A DNA stretch of 24,834 bases from IMG/VR virus record IMGVR_UViG_3300032225_001742, positions 1 through 24,834 of that record; one strand, written 5' to 3'. The position numbers and the translations under genes were made by a program. Positions within the stretch are counted from its first letter, which is position 1, and every line of letters begins with the position of its first letter. This DNA comes from a virus (taxonomy: Duplodnaviria > Caudoviricetes). Under the pieces are notes generated by a model. The model did not search any database. It had not been told where the DNA came from and saw nothing but the letters and a program-made list of their open reading frames with translations. Positions 9,042 to 16,048 of the stretch are shown here, piece after piece.

Positions 9042-9209
9042 TTACCGCCGGTTCTTGCGGTCCCAGTCCAACGCTAACTCGCGGGCCTTGCGTTCTGCTT
9101 CGGCTGGCTTGACGCCACCCTTGACCAGATCACGCGTAACCGCGTCCATGGCCTGACGCGATCCGGGTTGTTCGCCCGAACCGGTCCCGACGAACTTTGT
9201 CTCAGCCAC
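9042..9209 (-). CDS. Small hypothetical protein (55 aa, MAETKFVGTGSGEQPGSRQAMDAVTRDLVKGGVKPAEAERKARELALDWDRKNRR)
   Basis: Below the ORF-track cutoff. GTG at 9209 overlaps the end of the upstream gene, TAA at 9042-9044, and it fills the gap. Confidence 0.65.
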   Translation of the reverse strand: MAETKFVGTGSGEQPGSRQAMDAVTRDLVKGGVKPAEAERKARELALDWDRKNRR

Positions 9210-9471
9210 CGAACGCCGCCTTCGCCAGCGCCGCCTTGACCTTGGTCCGGTCTGCGGGCTTCACGGCCTTCAGATTCATCGGAGCTTCCATCTCCATCTC
9301 CATGTCGTGCTCCTCGGGCTCCGCCACTTCTTCCAGCCCGGCTTCCAGCTGGGCCATGGAGAAGATCATCTCGTTTCCGTCCGCGTCTACCACGGTGTAC
9401 GCGTCAGCCGGAGCTTTCACGGTGTAGTCGATTCCGTCAACAGTCACAAGGTCGCCAGAGGAGTAGGGCAT
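9202..9471 (-). CDS. Acidic hypothetical protein (89 aa)
   Basis: In operon orientation with tight spacing to its neighbours. Confidence 0.7.
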   Translation of the reverse strand: MPYSSGDLVTVDGIDYTVKAPADAYTVVDADGNEMIFSMAQLEAGLEEVAEPEEHDMEMEMEAPMNLKAVKPADRTKVKAALAKAAFGG

Positions 9472-9476
9472 GGGAT

Positions 9477-10169
9477 TCAGTCCGGAGTGTGGGGGTTAGT
9501 ATCGCGTTCGACGCGGAATGTGCGTTTCACGCTTGCTGCTTTTGGTTTGGCCAGCCCGGTCAGCAGCTGCTCCATAGCAGCGATGTCCGCGGTGAGCTTG
9601 CTGATTGTGCGCTGCTTCGAGGTGGTGTTGAGAGGTACCTGCTCCATCGTGCTGAGCGCCTCTCGCTTTGATGCGATCACGAGCTCCGCGATGGTGGAGT
9701 TCATCACACAGATCCCAACGTCAACGAGGTGGGCGCGGAAAGCGTCAAACGCCTTTTCGTCGCGGCGCCAGATCACGCGTCCGGCTACCATCTCAGGACT
9801 CTCAAAGATCGTCAGGTAGTACTTTCCGACCGAGCCATAAGCCGGGTTCGTTGCGGGGACCGTGGCGATGTAGTGTTTGTATTCACCCAGTCGGTCGTCA
9901 TCGGGAACGATGCACGCACAGCCCTTGGCGCGGTAGATGCGCCGGACAGCCTCGGGGTCCACCTGTCCGTTGTCGTCGTAGTTGTTCAGCCCTTTCATGA
10001 AAAAGATCGGAGAGAGAACCGGAAGCCACCGCCCGTCTTTTACTTCCCAGTCCAACGGCTTGTGGATCAGCTCGTGGACGTTGTTTAGCCATTCGACAGG
10101 GAGATAATCCCGCGCCTCTTTCGAGGTACGAACGCGTTCTGGGGAGAATGACTTGGCGGTGAGATCCAT
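9477..10169 (-). CDS. Hypothetical protein downstream of the capsid gene (about 230 aa)
   Basis: ORF 9477..10196. ATG at 10169 (GGAG upstream) is preferred because the TTG at 10196 lies in a hairpin loop. Confidence 0.75.
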   Translation of the reverse strand: MDLTAKSFSPERVRTSKEARDYLPVEWLNNVHELIHKPLDWEVKDGRWLPVLSPIFFMKGLNNYDDNGQVDPEAVRRIYRAKGCACIVPDDDRLGEYKHYIATVPATNPAYGSVGKYYLTIFESPEMVAGRVIWRRDEKAFDAFRAHLVDVGICVMNSTIAELVIASKREALSTMEQVPLNTTSKQRTISKLTADIAAMEQLLTGLAKPKAASVKRTFRVERDTNPHTPD

Positions 10170-10182
10170 GAGCTCCGGAAGT

Positions 10183-10207
10183 GGGCGCCCCGACAACTGG
10201 GGCGCCC
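10183..10207 (-). terminator. GC hairpin just after the major capsid stop (terminator or mRNA-stabilising stem)
   Basis: GGGCGCCCC-AGTTGTC-GGGGCGCCC, a perfect 9-bp stem followed by only a weak U-tract (ACTT). Confidence 0.5.
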
Positions 10208-10220
10208 GGTGGGTGAACTA

Positions 10221-11144
10221 TCAGACCGACGACACTACCTGCACGCCACGAGCATCTTCGAGCTCGGACACGCCGGGGTAGTAGTGGCAGATCCACGAGC
10301 GGCTACCCTTGGCCTCGGTGCTGAGGTCTTGGCAGATGATCGCCTCTTCCCCAGCCAACGTCTGCGGATTGAAGGCGTACTGGCGGACGAACCCGGAGAC
10401 CGGTGCCTCGGTGAAGGCGATAGCGCCGCGGCCAACCATGAACCCGGAGTAGTCCGCGTTCGCGTTGATCTTAGGGACGCTGGCGTGGCTGCGGAAGTTG
10501 ATCCCCATCCAGCTGAAAAGCACGTTTCCGGTGTCGAGGGTGCCAAGCGCGTTCTGGGTCGCGGCTGCGATCTGGAACGGCGTGGCGGTCTCACCGCGGA
10601 GGCTGGCCTGAAACTGGGTGATCGCGGTCTGGTGAGACACGAAGTCCAGATCGCCAACCACGAGCGCCTTGCGGAGCGCGAACATGGCCGCGTACACGGT
10701 GTCAACGGTCAGCGCCACGCCCGAGGTGCCAACGGCGGTGTTGGAGGTGAAGCCAGCACCAAGCGCCGCGATGAGGCTGGAGCGGTAGTAAACCAGGGAC
10801 TTGGCGAACGAGCTCACGAGCTGCTGAGCTTCCATTTCACCAGTGATAAACGCCAGGTCAGTAACCGAGCGGTACAGGTTCGCCTTGGCCACGGTCAGGC
10901 TCTTGTTGGCCGTGGTCAGGTTGGTGATCGAAGGCGCGGTGTCCTCACCGGGAGCGGTGAACGCGTCCACGGGCTGGATCTGGCGGAGCTTCATGGTGGC
11001 AGAGCCGGCACCACCGGTGAACGGGAAGTAGGTCGCCACTTCCTTCAAGTCTTTGGTCTCGTGAAGGAGCTCGATGAACGCCATGTTGAGGTAGGCGGCA
11101 AGACCGAGATCAGAATTGAGTGAGGCGTAGGTATCTGCGGCCAT
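10221..11144 (-). CDS. Major capsid protein (307 aa)
   Basis: Follows the scaffold gene, with a strong GGAGG RBS and typical size. C-terminal GAIAF...YYPGVSELEDARGVQV resembles the ends of HK97-fold capsid proteins. Confidence 0.85.
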   Translation of the reverse strand: MAADTYASLNSDLGLAAYLNMAFIELLHETKDLKEVATYFPFTGGAGSATMKLRQIQPVDAFTAPGEDTAPSITNLTTANKSLTVAKANLYRSVTDLAFITGEMEAQQLVSSFAKSLVYYRSSLIAALGAGFTSNTAVGTSGVALTVDTVYAAMFALRKALVVGDLDFVSHQTAITQFQASLRGETATPFQIAAATQNALGTLDTGNVLFSWMGINFRSHASVPKINANADYSGFMVGRGAIAFTEAPVSGFVRQYAFNPQTLAGEEAIICQDLSTEAKGSRSWICHYYPGVSELEDARGVQVVSSV

Positions 11145-11188
11145 GGTGGCCTCCGTGAGTGGGTAGAAGGTTGGATTCAGCTTCTCCC

Positions 11189-11231
11189 ACCCGTCACGTG
11201 GGTTGCCGCCATGGGATACCCGTCACGTGGG
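11189..11231 (-). repeat. Two identical 14-nt repeats CCCACGTGACGGGT in the capsid leader
   Basis: + strand acccgtcacgtggg at 11189-11202 and 11218-11231. Each can fold as CCC-ACGTGAC-GGG. Confidence 0.85.
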
Positions 11232-11246
11232 CGACCGCTCTTCTTT

Positions 11247-11274
11247 AGACTACCATCACTCGGCGGATTGTCAA
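11247..11274 (-). promoter_or_regulatory. Sigma70-type promoter for the major capsid gene
   Basis: TTGACA (11274-11269), 16-nt spacer, TAGTCT (11252-11247), with an extended -10 TG. Confidence 0.6.
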
Positions 11275-11879
11275 CCGCGGGTAAACGCGGACTTCGCCAG
11301 ACGGTCTTTGGCTGCGTTCCACTCGGGCGTTCCCATTTTGACCTTGGACAGCACCACTTCCCGCCCGGTCTCGCCGGGCTTGGGATGGACCACGTTGGCT
11401 TTGGCCACCGGACGCGGCGCCGGCTTGGTCTCCACCTTGGTCTCCGGCTGGTCCTCGCTCACAGCAGCCGCGGCCACGCTTGGCTTCATGGCGGCGCGGA
11501 GCACCTTGTTCGTCTTGCGCGCCTCTTTGTACCAGTCCGCGAACTCGGGCTTGGTCGCGCCTTCGTCCACGCTGATCCGTCCGTACTGATAGTCCAGGTA
11601 CTCCAGCAGATCGTCCATGCCGTCCGCGGGAATCTTGTCCTCGAGGAGCAAGGCGCGGTTCGAGCTCCGGCGCAGCTGGCCCTCGAGGTCGCTCACTTTG
11701 GCTTGCATCTCTGCTCGAGCAGCGTTCACCGCGGCTTCGGTCGCGCCCTTGGTGGCGGTGCCCTGCTCGGTGAGCGCCGCGATCTCAGCGCGTGCTTCTT
11801 GGAGGTCAGAGCGTGCGGCGTTCCGCTCGCGGATCAGAGCTTGGATGCGTTCTTCAGCGTTGTTCAGATCGTCGGCCAT
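11271..11879 (-). CDS. Capsid scaffolding protein (202 aa)
   Basis: N-terminal coiled coil (ERIQALIRERNAARSDLQEARAE) and a P/K-rich C-terminal linker. Lies between portal and capsid. Confidence 0.8.
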   Translation of the reverse strand: MADDLNNAEERIQALIRERNAARSDLQEARAEIAALTEQGTATKGATEAAVNAARAEMQAKVSDLEGQLRRSSNRALLLEDKIPADGMDDLLEYLDYQYGRISVDEGATKPEFADWYKEARKTNKVLRAAMKPSVAAAAVSEDQPETKVETKPAPRPVAKANVVHPKPGETGREVVLSKVKMGTPEWNAAKDRLAKSAFTRG

Positions 11880-11894
11880 GGTGTTGTTCTCTCT

Positions 11895-13319
11895 TTACAG
11901 TTTGACTGTGGGTGGGGTGAAGGGGAAAAGCTGGTTCATCTGGCGAACGCTCTGGAGCTTCTGGACCGCCGCGGCTTCGTCAAGGTTGTACAGCTTCATG
12001 GCAAGGTCCACCGTGGACTTCAGCCCGAGTTCGATCAAGGCTTCGTCCCGTTTGAGGTCAGCCAAAAACTCGTCCGTAGAAGTCTCGGGTAAGCTGTATT
12101 CAATCTTCCAGCCGTCCGCGGGGAGCTTGGTGCCCGCGCCGTAGAAGATGTTCCACGTGCGCGCCATCTTCGAGAACAGCCGCTGGTCCGCAGCCTGGAA
12201 CATCGGGACATAGCCCACGGCCACCTTGCGCTGGTAGGACCGCTTCAACTGGATCGCCACGCCGGACATCGGTTGTCCAGCGTTGCTCAAGTCCTCGGGA
12301 TGGATCCCTACGTTGTTCAGAATCGTGGCTTGTTTCATCAAGATCGCGTCAGCCATGCTCTTGGCGTCCGCGGCTTGAAGCTGGCCTACCTTGCCAACGC
12401 CCGGCTGACCTTCGCTCTTGAAGCGAAGGATCGAGTTTGGGCTGAGCTCAATCGAGTCCGGCGGCGAGCTCGTGAAGCCGTTCACGTTGTCCACGGCGCT
12501 CATACCCGGAACGTCCGCGTCCATGAGCCACGAGACCGGCCAGCTGTTGTTCCGCAGACACACGCCCCACATCGTCCAGTGAATCGCGATGTCCAACGTT
12601 CCATGGACGATCTCGGAGCCCCAGTACGGATCGAAGGTCTCGGAGGTGTACCGAGCGCGGTACAGCTCCCAGGGCAAAAACGGCCCGAGCTCGTCTACGT
12701 ACGGGTACTCTCCGGTGTGTTCGGGGTAGCACTGGAGCGTGACGTCAACGCCCGCGGAGTCAAAAACACAGTGGATCGGATTCTCCGGGTTGCTGACGTC
12801 CCAGACTTCCCAGCAGTCGCGGTGGACGGCCTTCCCGTTCTCATCCGTGGTGGCGATAGTGATCGCCCGCTTCAGCGCCGTTGGCGAGCTCGGGTCTCCA
12901 GTGTGCGCCAGCACCACAATCTCATCCGGAGTCACGATCTGAAGTTGGAGACCGGTGGCCGTTGGAACGAGGTGGTAGAAGGACTCCCGCAGCCCGACCA
13001 CCTTCCGGTTCATCTCCTGCTCCATGGCCCACAGGTGGCACCCGTCCATGACCTCGGACCAGATCGCGGAGGTCTGGTCAGTCAGGTATTCGTTGGTGAC
13101 CACGCCCGGACTGGTGTACAGAATGGCCACTTGATCCACGGTGTTCCCGTACAGGTTCACCGACATGGACGGGCGCCCCATGTTGTTGACGTTGTTGAGC
13201 CCGTACTGTTCTTTCATCCGAGTCAGGATCTCGAGCTCCCACGTTCCGCCCAGAATGTTCCGACACATCCGGGTGTACTGCCAGCGGGCGGCGTCAACTT
13301 CGTTGTCAGGGATCAGCAT
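11895..13319 (-). CDS. Portal protein (474 aa), SPP1 gp6-like
   Basis: Directly after terL, with typical size. Motifs SVNLYGNTVDQVAILY and MSGVAIQLKRS match the SPP1-type 'SG.A' portal pattern. Confidence 0.85.
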   Translation of the reverse strand: MLIPDNEVDAARWQYTRMCRNILGGTWELEILTRMKEQYGLNNVNNMGRPSMSVNLYGNTVDQVAILYTSPGVVTNEYLTDQTSAIWSEVMDGCHLWAMEQEMNRKVVGLRESFYHLVPTATGLQLQIVTPDEIVVLAHTGDPSSPTALKRAITIATTDENGKAVHRDCWEVWDVSNPENPIHCVFDSAGVDVTLQCYPEHTGEYPYVDELGPFLPWELYRARYTSETFDPYWGSEIVHGTLDIAIHWTMWGVCLRNNSWPVSWLMDADVPGMSAVDNVNGFTSSPPDSIELSPNSILRFKSEGQPGVGKVGQLQAADAKSMADAILMKQATILNNVGIHPEDLSNAGQPMSGVAIQLKRSYQRKVAVGYVPMFQAADQRLFSKMARTWNIFYGAGTKLPADGWKIEYSLPETSTDEFLADLKRDEALIELGLKSTVDLAMKLYNLDEAAAVQKLQSVRQMNQLFPFTPPTVKL

Positions 13320-13328
13320 GGTACGGCC

Positions 13329-14657
13329 TCAGAGTTGATAGCGACGTGGGGCCGCTCGGTTGGTGTTCATGGCTTGTAACGGTTCCAACACGATGTAGCG
13401 CAGAGCGTCCAGAGCGTGCTTCAAAGGTTCGTCCGTCTTTAGCCCCTTGCTGTGTTTCAAGCCCTTGATCACGTGAACGCACTGGGGATGGACTCGGACT
13501 TGACGGCGTAGGAACCCGGCGTTCAGCAGCTTCTCGCCGATGTCCACCGAGCCGGCGCCCTTCTGCGGCGTGTTGATCTTGAAGCCCTGGCGAGCGTGGC
13601 CAGCCTCCCGAGCAAGCGCCAGCCCCAGAATCTCGTTGACTTTGTAGCCCGCTCCAAGCTTGCCAACGCTGTTGACGTCCCCGATCCACACGTCCACCAT
13701 ATGAACGTCCAGCCCGTTGGCCAGCAGCATCTCGCGAATGGCCACCGCGTCTTGAGCTGGTGTTGTGGCCGTCTTTGACACGGCCTCGTCCAGCACCCAG
13801 ATCCCGCTCGCGTTCCACGCCACGAGGACCGCCACCTGACTCCCGGCGTGCTCGCCGTGGTCCAGCCCCACGCCGATCTTACAGCCCTTGGGCTGCGGGT
13901 CGTCCTCGTTGATCAAGCAGCTGGAGTCAAACCCGGTGAACGTCCGGCTCTGGGTCGTGCCTTCCCACGCTCCGTTGATCCGCTGTTCGTAGCTGTCAGG
14001 GAAAGCTCGCGCCTCGGTCAGCCATTCGTCCACCTGCTCACCGCCGTACCACGGACAGTTGGCGTGAGAGAGCGGCGCCACGTACTGGGTCCACGCGCTG
14101 TCCTCGGCCTCGGCCACAGTTCGCAGGTACTCCACTGGCCGGCCTATCGGCGTGGCGGTCAGCCAGAGCCAGCCTTGTTTGGCCATGACTCGGAAGATGT
14201 TCTCTTGGAGGATGTCACTCGGCGGGATCTCATCCAGCCACACGCCGTCAAGGTCCGAGCCCGCGTGAGCGATCGGCGCCTGGTCCTGTGACCGGATCTC
14301 GCACGTGGTCCCGTTGTTGAGGACGATCAGCTGGTGGCTCCAGCCGTTTTCCAACGTGAAGCGCGAGCCCGGCGCCAGCGCCGCAGCCGGTAGGAAGTCT
14401 TTGAGGTACTGACCGACCACCGCGATGGACTGGGTGTAGTTGACCGCCACAGCCCGATACCGTTTGTGACCGGTGGCCAGCATGAGCCCGGCGAGCTTGG
14501 CCGCGGCGTGCTTGGTCTTGCCAACCCGGTTGGCAGCGCGCACCAAGATCCGCTTGTCGTCCGAGTCCATGAACCCGGCGAGCGCCGGACTGGGCTGGAA
14601 CAGCTGGAGCCGGCGATGCGTGAGCGTGGCACCGATGCGAGCGAGGTCAACGATCAC
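13329..14657 (-). CDS. terL: Terminase large subunit (442 aa)
   Basis: Walker A AANRVGKT, Walker B GVWLDE, coupling motif TATP, and nuclease motifs GLDHG and HALDALRY. Confidence 0.95.
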   Translation of the reverse strand: MIVDLARIGATLTHRRLQLFQPSPALAGFMDSDDKRILVRAANRVGKTKHAAAKLAGLMLATGHKRYRAVAVNYTQSIAVVGQYLKDFLPAAALAPGSRFTLENGWSHQLIVLNNGTTCEIRSQDQAPIAHAGSDLDGVWLDEIPPSDILQENIFRVMAKQGWLWLTATPIGRPVEYLRTVAEAEDSAWTQYVAPLSHANCPWYGGEQVDEWLTEARAFPDSYEQRINGAWEGTTQSRTFTGFDSSCLINEDDPQPKGCKIGVGLDHGEHAGSQVAVLVAWNASGIWVLDEAVSKTATTPAQDAVAIREMLLANGLDVHMVDVWIGDVNSVGKLGAGYKVNEILGLALAREAGHARQGFKINTPQKGAGSVDIGEKLLNAGFLRRQVRVHPQCVHVIKGLKHSKGLKTDEPLKHALDALRYIVLEPLQAMNTNRAAPRRYQL

Positions 14658-15103
14658 GCGGACTCTTTGCGAGCAGCCAGGGCATCGGAGAGCACGTCCG
14701 CCGGGATGGACGCCAGCGCCTTGATTAGCTCATCGCGGGACTGGTAGGGCTCCACGGGTTCGGCTTGCTGGACAAACCGGGACTCCGAGCGGCCATACAT
14801 CATCGGATACCGGCGCTCAAGCATCCACGCCGCAGCCGGCCACGTTCCGTTCTTGGCGGCTCCCGTGATCACTTGCAGCATGTCCGCGGCCAACGCGCCC
14901 TCCGCGTCGGCGAGCTCCGCCGCGAACGCTTGCCACTCGGGTTCACCAGACTTGGCCCGGTTCACCGCGTCACAGTACGTCGCGTGCGAGATCCCTGCGT
15001 ACTTACATGCGAGCTCAATCGTGGATCCGATTCGGATCGCCTCACACAACCGAGCGAGGATCACCGGGTTCATGAGCTTCGGTTGGGGTCCGCGCTTACC
15101 CAC
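14654..15103 (-). CDS. terS: Terminase small subunit (149 aa)
   Basis: N-terminal HTH (IELACKYAGISHATY) and the W.AAAW.LERR.P motif. GTGA overlap with terL. Confidence 0.85.
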   Translation of the reverse strand: MGKRGPQPKLMNPVILARLCEAIRIGSTIELACKYAGISHATYCDAVNRAKSGEPEWQAFAAELADAEGALAADMLQVITGAAKNGTWPAAAWMLERRYPMMYGRSESRFVQQAEPVEPYQSRDELIKALASIPADVLSDALAARKESA

Positions 15104-15188
15104 AGGTCGCTCCAGTTTTTTGAGCTTCAGAGTTTTGGCCGTTCACGCGCACCTCGAGGAGCCCGCGCACAACGACCGGCGGTAAGTC

Positions 15189-15217
15189 AGGGTAGCCCCT
15201 ACAGCCTTCTCCGTCAA
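15189..15217 (-). promoter_or_regulatory. Candidate promoter of the terS/morphogenesis operon
   Basis: TTGACG, 17-nt spacer, TACCCT, about 85 nt upstream of the terS start. Confidence 0.5.
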
Positions 15218-15244
15218 CCGGTGAGCGCCCGGAATGAATTCTGG

Positions 15245-15492
15245 AGCTTGAAAGGTGATCAACACGATCAACACGGATCAACACGGCGATCAACACCAAG
15301 TTGTGAAGCTTGAAAGGTGATCAACACGATCAACACCGTTTTTCTCATACGTATAGGAGTAGCGGGGGAGTCGTGTTTTTCTTTTTCCCACCCCGCGGGA
15401 CTGTAGGGGTTGAGAAACGCGTTTTGTCTGTTGATCTGTTGCGCATGATTCCGGGCACTTACGTACCCACTCTCTGTTGATCGGCGTTGATC
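15245..15492. repeat. GATCAAC(AC) iteron cluster, candidate replication origin
   Basis: Six direct GATCAACAC copies (15257, 15266, 15276, 15288, 15319, 15328), including a perfect 30-bp duplication (15245-15274 and 15307-15336). Three inverted GTTGATC copies (15430, 15476, 15486). T-rich tracts lie between the two groups. Confidence 0.85.
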
Positions 15493-15503
15493 CGGTCTGG
15501 AGT

Positions 15504-15768
15504 GTGTCCACAACATGGCCACAACGTGGCCACAACGTGTCACACCTTGCCCTTTGAAGTCGTGACACAACGTGGCCACAACATGGCCACAACGTGTATC
15601 ACACACTTCGGACGGTGTGACACAACTTGGCCACAACATGGCCACAACGTGACATGCTCCGGTGTGACCGCGTGACACAACATGGCCACAACGTGGCCAC
15701 AACGTGTCTGGACTGTCAAACGCCGGCGGGGTACAGTGTGTCCACGTTGTGTCCACAACGTGTCTCAC
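15504..15768. repeat. 11-bp-periodic CACAACnTG(GC) array: four triplet blocks plus a degenerate fifth
   Basis: CACAAC starts at 15509/20/31, 15566/77/88, 15621/32/43, 15676/87/98 and 15754, with an inverted copy CACGTTGTG at 15743-15751. Block period is 57, 55 and 55 bp. Confidence 0.95.
15709..15737 (+). promoter_or_regulatory. Candidate promoter of the RHH gene, embedded in the array
   Basis: TGGACT, 17-nt spacer, TACAGT between blocks 4 and 5. The predicted +1 falls within block 5. Confidence 0.4.
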
Positions 15769-15787
15769 CTTCACCAAAGGATCCTCC

Positions 15788-16048
15788 ATGCCGAACCCTG
15801 CCACGCTCCACGTCCGCTTCCAGCCCCTGGTTCGCCACGAGCTCCGCGCCCTCTCCGTCCAGTCTGGCCTCGCTGAATCGCAGGTACTCACGCTGCTGGT
15901 CCGGCTGGCCTTCCGCGGCGCGATCCCTGGACTGGAAGCCCTGCGGCCTGACCCGCGCCCGCAGTTGCTCCACACGGGCCTTGCTGACCTCGATAACGAC
16001 GACGACGACGAACTATCGGACGACGATCCGGACATGCCGCCCTTCTAA
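15788..16048 (+). CDS. Ribbon-helix-helix-like DNA-binding protein with an SSB-like acidic C-terminal tail (86 aa)
   Basis: ATG at 15788 after AAGGA. TLHVRF strand, helix PLVRHELRALSVQSG, turn GLAES and helix QVLTLLVRLAF fit CopG/Arc/MetJ. Ends DLDNDDDDELSDDDPDMPPF. Its stop overlaps the convergent primase-helicase stop. Confidence 0.7.
   Translation: MPNPATLHVRFQPLVRHELRALSVQSGLAESQVLTLLVRLAFRGAIPGLEALRPDPRPQLLHTGLADLDNDDDDELSDDDPDMPPF

Noticed and set aside
15504-15768. CRISPR or mini-CRISPR array (about 35-bp repeats with about 20-bp unique linkers)
   Set aside because: The repeats are themselves 3 x 11-bp tandems that vary between blocks, the linkers are short and share GTG/CAC sub-motifs, and no cas genes are present. 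A protein-binding array fits better.
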